Shown: positions 1 through 11,807, counted from the first letter of the stretch. The stretch: DNA of 64,000 nucleotides from Alphaproteobacteria bacterium (GCA_964291395.2 OZ219856.1:1120001-1184000); one strand, 5' to 3'. Numbers and translations are program-made. The notes: a model not told the origin generated them from the letters alone.

Positions 1-420
1 TACGAGGACATCGCGGATGAGTTGGCCAAAGGTGCTGAAGCGGCGATCGAAGCCGCCGGGGCCACCCACACACGTATCTGGGTGCCCGGCGCCCTGGAGA
101 TACCGATGGCGCTCCAGATGGCCATTCGCTCGATGGACGTGCCCGGCGTCCGACGCCGGTACGACGGTTTCGTCGCGTTGGGATGCGTCATACGAGGCGA
201 GACTTCGCATTACGACCATGTGTGTCGGGAGTGCATGCACGGCATTGCCCAACTGGGTACGGCCTGTTCCGTTGCGATCGGCAACGGCGTACTGACGTGT
301 GAAACCAGAGACCAGGCCTGGCGGCGTGCAGCCGTCGACGAAGGTGACAAGGGTGGCGCCGCCGTGCGCGCCGCGTTGCGCATGATAGACGTCGAGCGCG
401 AGTTGCTGCCGGAGCGATGA
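1..420 (+). CDS. ribH: 6,7-dimethyl-8-ribityllumazine synthase (5' truncated by window edge)
   Basis: Frame open from base 1 (YEDIADELAKGA...); VPGALEIP, ALGCVIRGETSHYDHV, GNGVLT motifs; directly upstream of nusB. Confidence 0.95.
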   Translation, partial: YEDIADELAKGAEAAIEAAGATHTRIWVPGALEIPMALQMAIRSMDVPGVRRRYDGFVALGCVIRGETSHYDHVCRECMHGIAQLGTACSVAIGNGVLTCETRDQAWRRAAVDEGDKGGAAVRAALRMIDVERELLPER

Positions 421-932
421 CCGCGTCACGCGCCGGCGACAACGCGCCGCCCGGCCCGCGGGGAATGGCCCGATTGTGCGCCGTGCAAGCGCTCTATCAA
501 ATCGAGATCAGTGGAACGAGTCACGGACTGGTCATCGACGAATTCATCGGATTTCGCATGAGCGGGGAAATCGGCGAGGGCTTGAGTGGGCAGGCCGACC
601 CGGACTTTTTTCGCGACGTCGTGTCCGGCGTGAATGCCCGGGACGCGGAAATCGTAAGCGCCGTAGGGGAGGCCCTGTCGGAAGGCTGGTCTTACGGGCG
701 TCTCGATGCGACGCTCCGTCAGATATTGCGAGCGGGAGCGTACGAGTTGATCGCCCGTGTCGACGTCCCGGCACGTGTCGTCATCGACGAGTATGTGGAA
801 TTGGCGAATGCGTTTTTCGAGGGTCCGGAACCGGGCTTCGTGAATGCGGTTCTCGATGGGCTGGGGCGCAAGTATCGGAGTGGGGAGATGGCTGCCGCCA
901 AGGATACACAGACAAGAGTCGGGCGAACGTGA
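417..932 (+). CDS. nusB: Transcription antitermination factor NusB
   Basis: ARLCAVQALYQ, ILRAGAYEL, VVIDEYVELA, GFVNAVLD; ribH-nusB-thiL synteny. Confidence 0.95.
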   Translation: MTASRAGDNAPPGPRGMARLCAVQALYQIEISGTSHGLVIDEFIGFRMSGEIGEGLSGQADPDFFRDVVSGVNARDAEIVSAVGEALSEGWSYGRLDATLRQILRAGAYELIARVDVPARVVIDEYVELANAFFEGPEPGFVNAVLDGLGRKYRSGEMAAAKDTQTRVGRT

Positions 933-1900
933 CGCGCCGCGGCGAATTCGGCGTCATCGATGAGCTGTTCGCTCCGCTCGCCAGGGGCAACCCGGCGGGG
1001 CTGGCCCTGACCGACGACGCGGCGCTCCTCGATGTCATACCGGGGCATGAGATCGTGGCGACAACGGACGCGCTGGTCGAGGGTGTTCATTTTCACGCTG
1101 ATGACGCCCCGGATCTGATCGGGCGCAAGCTTCTCAGAGTGAACCTGTCGGACCTCGCCGCCATGGGCGCGGAACCGTATGTCTATCTGCTCACCCTTGC
1201 CGTGCCTTCCGGATGCGGGGACACGTGGCTCGAGCGGTTTACCGGAGGCTTGGCACAAGATCAGCAGGAGTTCGATATTCACTTGGCGGGTGGCGATACC
1301 GTCTCGACCGAAGGGACTCTAGTCCTCTCTTTGACCGCGTTCGGTATCGTCCCTAGCGGCCAGGTGTTACGGAGATCCGCCGCGACGGAAGGCGAGGACC
1401 TTTGGACTTCGGGAACCATCGGTGACAGCGCACTGGCCCTCGAGGCGAAGCACGCCGGCCTCGAAGCGGCGGAAGTCGCCTTTCTGAGAGATCGTTACCT
1501 GCTGCCCCGGCCTCGTATTGCATTGGGTATTGCGTTACGTGGGGTCGCGAGCGCGTGCATCGATGTCTCGGATGGCTTGGTGGCCGATCTGGGTCACGTT
1601 TGTCGGAGTTCGGGCATCGGCGGCGAGGTGTGGACTACGAGCATTCCTCTCTCTCGGCCCGCGCGCGCCGTACTCGATGCTGATACCGAATTGATCCGGA
1701 CGGTCCTGGGTGGAGGTGACGATTACGAGTTGTTGTTTTGCGCGCCGCCCGAACGGCGAGAAGACATCGAGACGCTGGCCCAAGGTTGCGGCGTAGCGGT
1801 GACCCGGATTGGCCGGATGCATGATGGCGACGGGGTGGTCGTTCTTGATGCGAAAGGTGCCGAAATTTCTTTGACTTTCCATGGTTACACGCATTTTTGA
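929..1900 (+). CDS. thiL: Thiamine-monophosphate kinase
   Basis: GTG at 929 overlaps nusB stop; GEFGVI, DDAA, VNLSDLAAMGA, GGDT, IDVSDGL, GGDDYELLF, GYTHF. Confidence 0.93.
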   Translation: MTRRGEFGVIDELFAPLARGNPAGLALTDDAALLDVIPGHEIVATTDALVEGVHFHADDAPDLIGRKLLRVNLSDLAAMGAEPYVYLLTLAVPSGCGDTWLERFTGGLAQDQQEFDIHLAGGDTVSTEGTLVLSLTAFGIVPSGQVLRRSAATEGEDLWTSGTIGDSALALEAKHAGLEAAEVAFLRDRYLLPRPRIALGIALRGVASACIDVSDGLVADLGHVCRSSGIGGEVWTTSIPLSRPARAVLDADTELIRTVLGGGDDYELLFCAPPERREDIETLAQGCGVAVTRIGRMHDGDGVVVLDAKGAEISLTFHGYTHF

Positions 1901-2004
1901 TGATCTATGGATGCGGCCGGGACATATGATCGTGGACCTTACACATCCGGAACGCGACCGGCCCGGGCGCCGAGGTGGCGCCGCTGGTGCCACCGTAGGT
2001 TGCG

Positions 2005-3198
2005 ATGACGTCGATTAAATGGAACGTCGCCATTCTGGCGGCGTGTCAGGCGGTCTTGCTGACGGTCAATCTGTCGGTCATCGCGTTGGCAGGCTTGGTC
2101 GGTCATTCACTCGCCGAAAACAAGGCCTTGGCAACGTTGCCCGTGAGCACGTTCATCATCGGTGTCGCTCTTTCAACCATCCCGGCTTCCTACTGGATGC
2201 GCTTGGTCGGACGCCGGTTGGGGTTCATGAGTGGCGCGGCGGTCGGCATGCTGGGGGCCGCCGTGTGCTGTTACGCCGTCTACTCGATCGACTTCTGGCT
2301 CTACTGTGTGGGAACGCTCATGCTCGGAACCCAGAATGCCTTCGGCCAGCAGTATCGGTTCGCGGCCGCCGAGATTTCCACGCCCGAATTCAGAGCAAAG
2401 GCAATCTCGTGGGTTCTCGCCGCCGGAATCGTGGGCGGGGTTCTGGGACCGGAGAGTTCCAAATATACGAAGGATCTCTTCGCCCCCTACAGCTTTCTCG
2501 GAACCTATCTCGTGGTCATGGTTCTGTCGGGGATCGCGATTCTCCTGCTGACCCAGTTGCGAATTCCGAATCTGACGGCAGAGGAGCGAAAGGACAAAGG
2601 CCGACCCCTGTCGCAGATCGTTCGCCAGCCGGTCTTCTACGTGGCGGCCTTAGGCGCCATGGTGGGATACGCAGTCATGAACCTCGTCATGACCGCCGGA
2701 CCCTTGGCGATGGTCGCCTGCGGCATCTCCTACGGCAACACGATCTTCGTCGTCGAATGGCATGTCATTGGAATGTTTGCGCCTTCGTTCTTCACCGGTC
2801 ACCTGATTAACCGCTTTGGCGTGCTCAACATCATGACTGCCGGCGCGGCCTGCTTCTTCGCAGCCGTCGTCGCCGCGGTCACCGGCATCACGCTGCCCAA
2901 TTTTTGGGCTGCGTTGTTCCTCCTCGGCGTGGGGTGGAATTTCATGTTCGTCGGCGGAACGACGCTGTTGACGGAGAGTTACAGCCCGGCAGAGAAGGCG
3001 AAGACCCAGGGTCTCAACGATTTCATGGTATTCGGCTCGGTCGCCTGCGCGTCTCTTTCGTCGGGCGGCTTGATGCATCTGTCCGGATGGAACGCCGTGA
3101 ACGTGGGTGCGCTCCCGTTCCTCGCGATCGCGACGGCTGCGATCGTCTGGCTCCTGCTGAGGCGCCGCCGTCCAGCTGAGGCGAGCCAGTCAGCCTGA
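2005..3198 (+). CDS. MFS transporter
   Basis: About 12 hydrophobic segments, GRRLGF loop, QYRFAAAE, WHVIGMFAPSFFTG, GVGWNFMF. Confidence 0.88.
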   Translation: MTSIKWNVAILAACQAVLLTVNLSVIALAGLVGHSLAENKALATLPVSTFIIGVALSTIPASYWMRLVGRRLGFMSGAAVGMLGAAVCCYAVYSIDFWLYCVGTLMLGTQNAFGQQYRFAAAEISTPEFRAKAISWVLAAGIVGGVLGPESSKYTKDLFAPYSFLGTYLVVMVLSGIAILLLTQLRIPNLTAEERKDKGRPLSQIVRQPVFYVAALGAMVGYAVMNLVMTAGPLAMVACGISYGNTIFVVEWHVIGMFAPSFFTGHLINRFGVLNIMTAGAACFFAAVVAAVTGITLPNFWAALFLLGVGWNFMFVGGTTLLTESYSPAEKAKTQGLNDFMVFGSVACASLSSGGLMHLSGWNAVNVGALPFLAIATAAIVWLLLRRRRPAEASQSA

Positions 3199-3234
3199 AG
3201 CGCAGGCTGACAACTCGTTCACCGGTCGTTTTCC

Positions 3235-4443
3235 ATGCTCTTTGAACGGCTTCGATACGGTAGAATGGGCAGGAACGTGCTGATTCTGGCCACGTGTCAG
3301 GGTCTCCTGTTCAGTATCAACACAGCTTTTGCCATGGTGAGCGGACTGGTTGGTGCCACTCTGGCATCCGATCCATCTCTTGCCACCGTGCCGCTCGGGC
3401 TGTTCATCACGGGCGCGGCGCTTTCCACGTATCCTGCATCCCTGCTGATGGGCCGCATCGGTCGGCGATTGGGCTTCCTGATCGGTGCCGCCGTCGGTTT
3501 TTATGGTGGCGTTCTAGGTGCTTGGTCCGTCGCCGTGGGCAGCTTCGAGCTCCTCTGTTTCACCGGGCTGTTCATGGGCATCTACTTCGCCTTTGGCCAG
3601 TACTACCGGTTTGCAATCGCCGACGTGGCATCGGGGCCGCTCAAGCACCACGCCGTCTCCATCGTTCTCGCTGGCGGGGTGTTCAGCGGCGTTCTCGGAC
3701 CCTACAGCGCCGACTGGAGCCGCGACCTACTGGCGCCGCAGATCTTCATGGGCACTTACGCGGCGGTGTCGGCGTTGGCTTACCTGAAATTCCTTCTTCT
3801 TACCTTCATCGACATACCGGCGCCGCCAAAGGCGGCCCGGCGCCAGACCGGACGCCCCTTGGGTGAGATCGTCCGTCAACCGCGTTTCGTCATTGCGGCG
3901 ATCGCGGGCATGGTCAGTTGGGCCGCGATGAATCAGTTGATGATGGGAGCGCCGATCGCCATGCATATCTGCTCCTTGCCGTTTTCGGATGCGGCATTTG
4001 TCATGCAATGGCACAACTTCGCGATGTTCCTTCCGGGGTTCGCCGCCGGCGCGCTGATCAATAGGTACGGCGTCTACAACATGATGCTGTGGGGCGCACT
4101 GATGATGTTCGGATCGGTGGCGGCCGTAGTGACGGGGATCGACCTTTGGAATTTCTGGTGGGGCGGTTTCCTGGTCGGCACGGGTTGGTGCTTCCTGTTC
4201 GTGAGCGCGACGATACTTGTCACCGAGTGTTGCACCGTCGAAGAACAGTCCAAGACGCAGGGATTCAACGATTTCCTGGTTTTCTTCGCCCAGGCCGCCG
4301 GCACTTTTTCGTCCGGCATTCTTATCTACCAGGTTGGGTGGGCATCCGTGGGCTATACGTTGCTGCCCGTCATCTTGTTGACGGCGGTCGCCACGACTTG
4401 GCTGGCGTTCCGGGAGGGTACGCTCGCACCGGAGGTCCGTTAG
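3235..4443 (+). CDS. MFS transporter, tandem paralog of 2005..3198
   Basis: Same motif series (LATVP, GRRLGF, YYRFAIAD, WHNFAMFLP, KTQGFNDF). Confidence 0.88.
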   Translation: MLFERLRYGRMGRNVLILATCQGLLFSINTAFAMVSGLVGATLASDPSLATVPLGLFITGAALSTYPASLLMGRIGRRLGFLIGAAVGFYGGVLGAWSVAVGSFELLCFTGLFMGIYFAFGQYYRFAIADVASGPLKHHAVSIVLAGGVFSGVLGPYSADWSRDLLAPQIFMGTYAAVSALAYLKFLLLTFIDIPAPPKAARRQTGRPLGEIVRQPRFVIAAIAGMVSWAAMNQLMMGAPIAMHICSLPFSDAAFVMQWHNFAMFLPGFAAGALINRYGVYNMMLWGALMMFGSVAAVVTGIDLWNFWWGGFLVGTGWCFLFVSATILVTECCTVEEQSKTQGFNDFLVFFAQAAGTFSSGILIYQVGWASVGYTLLPVILLTAVATTWLAFREGTLAPEVR

Positions 4444-4604
4444 GGGACCTGAGTCTGAGGTTCGCCGTCGGCGTTCGTGTTGCGTTCGAATCCGCGCTCC
4501 CTTATGGTCCGCGCGGCCTGAACGAATGCCGCTGGTCGCGGCTTTGACGCTGCGGGGCGGACGGAGTCGCGGCGACCAAGTCACGGAAGAATTGGGAGAA
4601 ATTT

Positions 4605-6692
4605 GTGATGTCTGCGGAGCTTTGGTTCGTCTTGCTTTGTGGCGCGCTGGCAATTCTCTATGGCGTGTTCGCCAGCCGGTCGGTGCTGGCCGCAAGCCCG
4701 GGGAATGAACGTATGCAGGAGATCGCGGGTGCCGTCCAGGAAGGTGCCGGAGCCTATCTCAATCGGCAATACCGCACGATCGCCATCGTCGGTCTCGTGG
4801 TCTGTATCCTCGTTTTCATTTTCCTCGGCGTGTTTTCAGGCATCGGTTACCTGATCGGCGCCGTTTTCTCCGCCGCAACTGGGTACATCGGTATGAACGT
4901 TTCGGTGCGGGCCAACGTCAGAACGACCGAGGCTTCGCGACAGGGAATGCAGCAGGGACTGAACATCGCCTTCAAGGCGGGTGCCGTGACCGGCATGCTC
5001 GTTGCCGGGCTCGCGCTGCTCGCCGTGGCCGTTTACTACGCCGTGCTTCTCGCAGCGGGGATCGAGGGGCGCGAGATCATCAACGCGCTCATTTCCCTGG
5101 GTTTTGGAGCTTCGTTGATCTCGATCTTTGCGCGGCTGGGCGGCGGCATCTTCACCAAGGGCGCGGACGTCGGTGCCGACCTCGTTGGTAAGGTTGAGGC
5201 CGGGATCCCCGAGGACGACCCGCGCAACCCCGCAGTCATTGCGGACAATGTGGGCGATAATGTCGGCGACTGCGCGGGGATGGCCGCGGACCTGTTCGAG
5301 ACTTACGCGGTCACCGTTGTCGCCACCATGGTACTGGCCTGGATTTTCTTCGCGGGGGATGCCGTCACACAGGCGTCGATGATGCTCTATCCACTCGTCA
5401 TCGGGGGCGTATGCATCATCGCCTCCGTGATCGGGACATTCTTCGTCCGCCTCGGGTCGGGCCAGAACATCATGGCTGCGCTGTACAAGGGATTCCTGGT
5501 GGCGGCCGTCTTGTCGGCGATCGGATTCTACCCGGTGACGGATCATCTGATCGGGATGGACAACGCCTTCTCGGTCGGCGGCAGATCCGTCAGCGGCAAC
5601 GCTCTGTTCATTTGCAGCCTGGTGGGGTTGGTGGTCACGGGCCTCATCATCTGGGTCACTGAGTATTATACGGGCACCGATTTTCGTCCTGTTCGCAGCA
5701 TTGCCAACGCCTCGGAAACGGGCCATGGAACGAACGTCATTCAGGGCCTCGCCGTTTCGATGGAGGCGACGGGTCTGCCGGCCCTGATCATCTGCGCCGG
5801 TATCGTCGTCGCTTTCTCGCTGGCTGGATTGTTCGGCATCGCGATCGCCGTCACCGCCATGCTGGCGCTCGCCGGGATGGTGGTGGCGCTTGACGCATAC
5901 GGTCCGGTGACGGACAACGCCGGCGGGATCGCCGAAATGGCGGATCTCGATGCCGAGGTTCGAAAAACCACCGATGCGCTCGATGCCGTCGGCAATACCA
6001 CGAAGGCCGTGACCAAAGGCTACGCCATCGGTTCCGCGGGCTTGGCTGCGCTCGTCCTCTTTGCGGCGTACACCGAGGACCTCAAGGCGTTCTTCTCCGA
6101 CGTGGCCGTCGAATTCACCCTCTCGAACCCCTATGTCGTGGTGGGCCTCTTCGTCGGCGGGATGCTGCCCTACATGTTCGGCGCGCTGGCCATGACCGCC
6201 GTGGGGCGTGCGGCGGGTTCGGTGGTTCTCGAAGTCCGTCGCCAGTTCCAGGAAATCCCGGGAATCATGGAGGGCACCAGTAAACCCGAATACGCACGCG
6301 CCGTCGACATGCTGACGAGCGCGGCCATCAAGGAAATGGTGATTCCGTCGCTGCTCCCCGTGCTTGCGCCGATCGTGCTCTATGTCGTCATTCTCGTGAT
6401 CGCGGGCCAGGCGGAGGCCTTCGCAGCTGTAGGCGCGATGCTCATGGGTGTGATCGTGACCGGGTTGTTCGTCGCCATTTCGATGACCGCCGGGGGGGGC
6501 GCCTGGGACAACGCAAAGAAGTTCATCGAGGATGGTCATCATGGTGGAAAGGGGTCCGAGGCACACAAGGCGGCCGTGACGGGCGATACGGTCGGCGATC
6601 CCTACAAGGACACGGCTGGACCCGCTGTGAACCCGATGATCAAGATCACCAACATCGTCGCGTTGTTGTTGCTGGCGGCACTGGCGCACTAA
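4605..6692 (+). CDS. hppA: Membrane H+-translocating pyrophosphatase, probably K+-independent
   Basis: [49 protein letters not shown]; GNTTKA (Lys) is the K+-independent signature. Confidence 0.95.
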   Translation: MMSAELWFVLLCGALAILYGVFASRSVLAASPGNERMQEIAGAVQEGAGAYLNRQYRTIAIVGLVVCILVFIFLGVFSGIGYLIGAVFSAATGYIGMNVSVRANVRTTEASRQGMQQGLNIAFKAGAVTGMLVAGLALLAVAVYYAVLLAAGIEGREIINALISLGFGASLISIFARLGGGIFTKGADVGADLVGKVEAGIPEDDPRNPAVIADNVGDNVGDCAGMAADLFETYAVTVVATMVLAWIFFAGDAVTQASMMLYPLVIGGVCIIASVIGTFFVRLGSGQNIMAALYKGFLVAAVLSAIGFYPVTDHLIGMDNAFSVGGRSVSGNALFICSLVGLVVTGLIIWVTEYYTGTDFRPVRSIANASETGHGTNVIQGLAVSMEATGLPALIICAGIVVAFSLAGLFGIAIAVTAMLALAGMVVALDAYGPVTDNAGGIAEMADLDAEVRKTTDALDAVGNTTKAVTKGYAIGSAGLAALVLFAAYTEDLKAFFSDVAVEFTLSNPYVVVGLFVGGMLPYMFGALAMTAVGRAAGSVVLEVRRQFQEIPGIMEGTSKPEYARAVDMLTSAAIKEMVIPSLLPVLAPIVLYVVILVIAGQAEAFAAVGAMLMGVIVTGLFVAISMTAGGGAWDNAKKFIEDGHHGGKGSEAHKAAVTGDTVGDPYKDTAGPAVNPMIKITNIVALLLLAALAH

Positions 6693-6694
6693 AG

Positions 6695-6737
6695 CGGTTC
6701 AAACGTAACTTGAACCGTCATGGCCCCGATGTCGGGG
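6695..6737. terminator. Hairpins between convergent hppA and bamE
   Basis: cggttcaa-N7-ttgaaccg (6695-6717) and ccccga-tg-tcgggg; no clear U-tract. Confidence 0.4.
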
Positions 6738-6742
6738 AGCGC

Positions 6743-7192
6743 CTATTCGTTCCCTTCTTCCCCGGTGAACCGTCCGAGGTTGCCGAATAGCTGCTGTACC
6801 AGACTCAACTGCTTGCCGCGCGTGGGCGTGACCCGCTCGTTCATCACGATCGTGCGGGCATCTTCGGTCTCGTAGCGCTTGACCTCGGCAACGGCACCCG
6901 AGTCGTCGAACTTGATGGCCACCACGCGTTGATCGACGATTTTCTTTTCGAAAAAGGCTAGGCGCTCGGTTTTCCGAGTGACGTAATACCAGGTATCGGT
7001 ACCAAACGTGGATACGTTCGAGGGTGAGCCGAGCACGTTCAGAACACTTCCCTTGTCGTCTACGCCGCTCTTGATCTCGGCGATCAGCACGTCGTCGATG
7101 AAATAGCCGCGGACGTTTTGCGTCGGCGTGCAGCCGGTGCCCAGCAGTCCCAACATTAGGCCGAACGTGAGGTATACGCGGACGGGTGACAT
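6743..7192 (-). CDS. bamE: Outer membrane protein assembly lipoprotein BamE (SmpA/OmlA)
   Basis: Lipobox-like LGTGC, VLNVLGSPS, WYYV, TPTRGKQLSLVQQLFGNLGR typical of alphaproteobacterial BamE. Confidence 0.88.
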   Translation of the reverse strand: MSPVRVYLTFGLMLGLLGTGCTPTQNVRGYFIDDVLIAEIKSGVDDKGSVLNVLGSPSNVSTFGTDTWYYVTRKTERLAFFEKKIVDQRVVAIKFDDSGAVAEVKRYETEDARTIVMNERVTPTRGKQLSLVQQLFGNLGRFTGEEGNE

Positions 7193-7316
7193 CTGAACGC
7201 TTCCTGCGACTCCGCCGACATTCCGGGGCGGTGTTCACCCTGCCGGCTACGGGTCGAGAACTTGCATCCGGTCGTCAAGTGTGTCAATCGGCTGCAAGTT
7301 CTGCGCAGGAGGTGGC

Positions 7317-7892
7317 GTGTTCGTCTTCAGTCGTCGAAAGAGGCGCGAGCGCGAGATCGCGCGGCGGTTATACGACCAGGTTGTCGGGCAGGCTAGGTCG
7401 CCGTCGTTCTACGTCGACGGGGGTGTCCCCGATACGGTCGATGGCAGGTTCGAGATGGTGGTGCTGCACACCTATCTCGTGGTCGGCAGGTTGATGGCGG
7501 GAGAGGATGAAGCCCAGCGAATCGCTCAATATCTGTTCGATACGATGATTACCGACATGGACCGGAGCCTGCGGGAGATGGGTGTTGGCGATCTGAGTGT
7601 TGGCAGGAAAGTCAAGGCGATGGCCGAGGCCTACTACGGGCGGTCTCGAGCCTACGATTCCGCGTTGGCGACCAGTGATGCCGATCTGTCCAGCACGTTG
7701 CGCCGGAATGTTTTCGGCACCATCCCTTCGGAAAGCGAGACGGAAAACGCCCTCGTCGATGGCATGACCCGCTACGTCACGGCGGTGTTGCGGAGGTTGC
7801 GGGAGCAGCCGGTCGAGGTGATAGCGGACGGCCGCGTTCGCTTTGTGGATTATTCCTTGATCAGCTCGGACCCAGAGAGATTTCATCGTTGA
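7317..7892 (+). CDS. Ubiquinol-cytochrome c chaperone (Cbp3/UQCC1-like)
   Basis: GVPDTVDGRFEMVVLH, DMDRSLREMGVGDLSVGRKVK; GTG start after GGAGG; conserved position opposite bamE. Confidence 0.88.
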   Translation: MFVFSRRKRREREIARRLYDQVVGQARSPSFYVDGGVPDTVDGRFEMVVLHTYLVVGRLMAGEDEAQRIAQYLFDTMITDMDRSLREMGVGDLSVGRKVKAMAEAYYGRSRAYDSALATSDADLSSTLRRNVFGTIPSESETENALVDGMTRYVTAVLRRLREQPVEVIADGRVRFVDYSLISSDPERFHR

Positions 7893-7987
7893 CCGGGGTC
7901 GGTGCTGGCCCTATTTTCGCGCCGCCACGGGCGCTCTCGCGTGAAAGCAGCACAACAATTGGCAATGTCCGCGCCCGAAACGCAAAC

Positions 7988-8527
7988 ATGAGCGTCGAGT
8001 CATCACCTGAATTCAGCCGGATTATCCGAGCCGATCAGCTTGCCGACCGGGACACGGAAATCGCGTTTCGATGTGAGCCGGCCGAACGCCGCCGGTTGGC
8101 AGATCGCTTTTCGCTCCTGGATCTCGAGCGGCTCGAAGCTCGAGTTTGGGCGCGCCGGGTCAATGGCACGTCGGTCGTGCGGGTGCGTGTCAATTTCGTC
8201 GCCGACGTGTTACAGTCCTGCGTCATTACGCTAGATTCCGTGGCGGCGCATATCGACGAGTGGTTCGAGCTTGAATACGTCCCCGGCGCTGATGTCGACG
8301 GGGGCAGGGAAGTGGTATTCGATCCTGAAGAAAACGATCCGCCCGAGCTGATGCAGGGTGGATCGTTCGATATCGGGGAGGCGATTTCAGAGCACTTGGC
8401 GTTGTCGCTGGATGACTATCCGAGGAAGCCGGGAACGGAGTTTACGGTTCACACCAAGCGCGCCGATGAAGGCGAACCGACGGACAGTCCGTTCGCAATC
8501 CTCAGAGACGGTCCCGCGAAGAATTAG
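7988..8527 (+). CDS. YceD/DUF177 family protein
   Basis: QSCVITL, DIGEAISEHLALSLDDYPRKPG, SPFAIL; upstream of rpmF. Confidence 0.85.
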   Translation: MSVESSPEFSRIIRADQLADRDTEIAFRCEPAERRRLADRFSLLDLERLEARVWARRVNGTSVVRVRVNFVADVLQSCVITLDSVAAHIDEWFELEYVPGADVDGGREVVFDPEENDPPELMQGGSFDIGEAISEHLALSLDDYPRKPGTEFTVHTKRADEGEPTDSPFAILRDGPAKN

Positions 8528-8576
8528 GCGTGCGATAGCCGCGCTTCCGGCGAACCGCTGACGAAAGACAGGAATC

Positions 8577-8762
8577 ATGGCAGTACCCAAGAAGAAGGTG
8601 TCGAAATCCAAGCGCAACATGAGGCGCTCCCACGACGCGTTGAAACCGTCCGCGTATGTGGAGTGTTCGAATTGCGGCGAGTACAAGCGTCCGCATCATG
8701 TGTGTCAGGCGTGCGGCTGCTACAACGATCGCGAGGTAACCGAGGCAGGCGGCACCATTTAG
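8577..8762 (+). CDS. rpmF: 50S ribosomal protein L32
   Basis: [19 protein letters not shown], CxxC...HHVCxxCG. Confidence 0.97.
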   Translation: MAVPKKKVSKSKRNMRRSHDALKPSAYVECSNCGEYKRPHHVCQACGCYNDREVTEAGGTI

Positions 8763-8794
8763 CGCTCAGAGCAGGCGTATCCCCGGGTTCCGCC

Positions 8795-9856
8795 GTGACG
8801 TCTTCCGTGTATATCGCTCTGGATGCTATGGGGGGTGACCATGCTCCCGAGATGGTCATTGAGGGGACCGAGATAGCGCGGTCCCAGCATTCTGACGCGC
8901 GATTCCTCCTCTTCGGCGACGAGAACCGAATCGCGCCCTACCTCGCGCGTTTTCGCCGCCTCGCCGAGGTCTGCGAAATTCGCCACACCGAGCAATCCAT
9001 CGCAGCCGATGAGAAGCCTGCACAGGCCTTGCGTCGAGGCCAGGAGTCGAGCATGCGTCTGGCCGTCGACGCCGTAAAGGAGGGCTTCGCCGGCGGCGTC
9101 GTATCCGCTGGCAATACCGGTGCTCTGATGGCCATCTCCAAGTTCGTTCTCAAAACGCAGCCGAGCATTGATCGCCCAGCCATGGTCTCGTTCTTCCCGA
9201 CGCGAAAGGGACGAACCGCCGTTCTCGACTTGGGCGCCAATGTCGAATGCAGTGCCGGCAATTTGGTTCAGTTTGCCGTCATGGGTGCCGCGTTCGCCCG
9301 AATCGAATTGGGTATCGACCGACCGACGGTGGGTTTGCTCAATGTCGGCGTGGAAGAGCTTAAGGGCAACGACACGGTCCGGTCCGCAGGGGAAGCCCTC
9401 CGCGACGTCGATTTCGGGTTCGAGTTCGCGGGGTTCATCGAAGGAAACGATATTTGTGAAGGCACTGTAGATGTCGTTGCTACGGACGGTTTCACGGGCA
9501 ACGCCGTATTGAAGACCCTCGAAGGCGGTTCGAGTATGTTCGTGGACTTCATGCGCCAAGCCTTTCAAAGCGGCATCCCCTCGAAGCTGGGTTACCTGCT
9601 GGCAAGACCCGCATTGCGGCTGATGAGGGCGAGGATCGATCCCCGCGCCTACAACGGCGCCGTGTTTGTCGGTCTCAACGGCATTTCCGTGAAGAGTCAC
9701 GGCGGCACTGACGGTGCCGGGTATGCCAACGCGATCGGTGTCGCGATCGATCTGGTTCGAGGCCGCTTTACCGAACGCATTCAGGCCGATCTCGAAAAGA
9801 GCTACGTTATTCCGCAGGAACTTGCGGACGAAGCGCCACAGGCGGCCGTTTCGTGA
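8795..9856 (+). CDS. plsX: Phosphate acyltransferase PlsX
   Basis: [37 protein letters not shown]; GTG at 8795 chosen as start. Confidence 0.95.
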   Translation: MTSSVYIALDAMGGDHAPEMVIEGTEIARSQHSDARFLLFGDENRIAPYLARFRRLAEVCEIRHTEQSIAADEKPAQALRRGQESSMRLAVDAVKEGFAGGVVSAGNTGALMAISKFVLKTQPSIDRPAMVSFFPTRKGRTAVLDLGANVECSAGNLVQFAVMGAAFARIELGIDRPTVGLLNVGVEELKGNDTVRSAGEALRDVDFGFEFAGFIEGNDICEGTVDVVATDGFTGNAVLKTLEGGSSMFVDFMRQAFQSGIPSKLGYLLARPALRLMRARIDPRAYNGAVFVGLNGISVKSHGGTDGAGYANAIGVAIDLVRGRFTERIQADLEKSYVIPQELADEAPQAAVS

Positions 9857-10830
9857 CCTTCAGGCGTTCCCAAATCGCAGGCTGCGGGTCTTATCTTCCT
9901 GCCCGGGTGATGACCAACGACGAGATGGCGAAGATCGTCGACACCAGCGACGAATGGATTACGGCGCGCACGGGAATCAAGCGGCGGCACATCGCAGCCG
10001 ATGGCGAGAAGACGTCCGATCTTGCCATGCACGCGTCGACGGCCGCGCTCGTGGATGCCGGTGTTGCCGTCGGCGAACTCGACATGATCGTTTTGGCGAC
10101 CGCAACGCCCGATGAAACGTTTCCCGCGACGGCGACGCTCGTTCAGGCCCAACTCGGCATGACCCGGGGGTTCGCATTCGACGTCCAGGCGGTTTGTAGC
10201 GGTTTTGTCTATGCCATGGCGGTGGCCGACAATTTCTTGCGTGTGGGCCAGGCGGACACGGCGCTCGTGATCGGCGCCGAGACCTTTTCACGGATTCTCG
10301 ATTGGTCCGACCGCAGCACATGCGTCCTGTTTGGAGACGGCGCCGGGGCAGTCGTTCTCAAGTCTGCGGAGGGTAACGGTACCGCCGAAGATCGGGGGAT
10401 TCTCTCCACCCGACTTCACGCGGACGGCCGTAAACATGACATGCTTTATGTCGATGGCGGACCGTCTTCGACGCAAACCACGGGTCACCTCCGGATGCTT
10501 GGTAAGGAAGTATTCCGCCATGCGGTCACCAATCTCTCGAGCGTTGTCGATGAAACTCTGGAGGACGCGGGCCTGACGGCGAGCGAGCTCGACTGGATGG
10601 TGCCGCATCAGGCGAACAGGCGAATTCTCGAGGCCACGGCGAAGAAGCTCAAGCTTTCACCCGAGCGCGTGATCGTTACGATCCAGGATCATGCGAATAC
10701 ATCGGCGGCTTCCGTCCCGCTCGCCCTTGGCCAAGCGACCTCGGATGGCCGGATCAAGCGGGGTGACTTGGTCCTCATGGAGGCCATGGGTGGTGGCTTT
10801 ACCTGGGGTGCCTGCCTTGCGCGGTGGTAG
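9853..10830 (+). CDS. fabH: Beta-ketoacyl-ACP synthase III
   Basis: DTSDEWI, AVCSGF, PHQAN, ANTSAAS, GGGFTWG. Confidence 0.96.
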   Translation: MTFRRSQIAGCGSYLPARVMTNDEMAKIVDTSDEWITARTGIKRRHIAADGEKTSDLAMHASTAALVDAGVAVGELDMIVLATATPDETFPATATLVQAQLGMTRGFAFDVQAVCSGFVYAMAVADNFLRVGQADTALVIGAETFSRILDWSDRSTCVLFGDGAGAVVLKSAEGNGTAEDRGILSTRLHADGRKHDMLYVDGGPSSTQTTGHLRMLGKEVFRHAVTNLSSVVDETLEDAGLTASELDWMVPHQANRRILEATAKKLKLSPERVIVTIQDHANTSAASVPLALGQATSDGRIKRGDLVLMEAMGGGFTWGACLARW

Positions 10831-10945
10831 TGGACCGGAAGTCCGCTGCCGTGGACGGCAAAGAATGCCGGTTCCTAACCCACGGCGGTCTCTCTGTCTA
10901 GGCGACTCGATTGAGACTTAAAGGTCGGCCTACATCCCTTTGATA

Positions 10946-10974
10946 TTGACGGATTTCTTCGGCAACGCTACGGT
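10946..10974 (+). promoter_or_regulatory. Candidate sigma70 promoter for ihfA
   Basis: TTGACG-N17-TACGGT. Confidence 0.4.
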
Positions 10975-10998
10975 GATCCTTATCCAGCGGGGAAAGAC

Positions 10999-11307
10999 AT
11001 GGCGGGAAGAACGGTCACCCGAGCGCACCTGAGTGAAGCCGTCTACCAAGAGGTTGGACTGTCGCGCAACGAGTCCGCCGATTTGGTTGAAGTCGTCCTG
11101 AATCAGATCGCCGATCATTTGGTTACCGGTGAGACCGTGAAGATTTCTTCATTCGGCAGCTTTTATGTCCGACAGAAGGGCCGCCGGATCGGCCGCAACC
11201 CAAAAACGGGAGAGGAAGTGCCGATCCTGCCCCGCCGGGTTCTCGTTTTTCGACCGTCTCACGTCCTCAAGGATCGCATCAACCGCACCTTGTCACGCAG
11301 CGATTAG
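10999..11307 (+). CDS. ihfA: Integration host factor alpha
   Basis: [32 protein letters not shown]; fabH-ihfA-MerR synteny. Confidence 0.96.
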   Translation: MAGRTVTRAHLSEAVYQEVGLSRNESADLVEVVLNQIADHLVTGETVKISSFGSFYVRQKGRRIGRNPKTGEEVPILPRRVLVFRPSHVLKDRINRTLSRSD

Positions 11308-11317
11308 TCGACCGACG

Positions 11318-11728
11318 ATGGCGGACGCAGCGGAACGCAGCACCTCCCGGGCACGGCGCGCGACGAAATCGCCAAGCGCCTTTCGAACGATTTCCGAGGT
11401 CGCCGGCGAGTTGGAGGTCCCACAGCACGTCCTGCGATTCTGGGAAGGCAAGTTCAGTCAGGTGCGGCCGCTGAAGCGGGGCGGCGGCCGGCGCTACTAC
11501 CGGCCGGAAGACGTTGAATTGCTGAGGCGAATTCGGCGTTTGCTCTACAGCGAGGGCTACACCATTCGAGGCGTTCAAAAAGTGCTTCGCGAAGGGGCCA
11601 AACGCGGCGACAGCGCGGAAACCAACGGAGGCGATGGCGCTCTCAATGCCGAACAACGGCGGCTGCTTGAAGGTGTCGTCGACGAACTCGCCTCGCTTCG
11701 GGACATCCTCGCGCGTCGCAGGGTCTGA
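11318..11728 (+). CDS. MerR-family transcriptional regulator
   Basis: [36 protein letters not shown]. Confidence 0.92.
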   Translation: MADAAERSTSRARRATKSPSAFRTISEVAGELEVPQHVLRFWEGKFSQVRPLKRGGGRRYYRPEDVELLRRIRRLLYSEGYTIRGVQKVLREGAKRGDSAETNGGDGALNAEQRRLLEGVVDELASLRDILARRRV

Positions 11729-11807
11729 CCCGTCGCCCGATGCCTTGACCGGACCTGCGTGGACGGGTATCCGTGGTACCGCATGTTGAGCAGAACGCAT
11801 AACTCGT

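Noticed and set aside
476-928. Long N-terminal extension of ThiL (likewise 58693..59736 for the second permease and 8663..8794 for PlsX)
   Set aside because: Overlaps the upstream gene in another frame; downstream starts fit the family lengths
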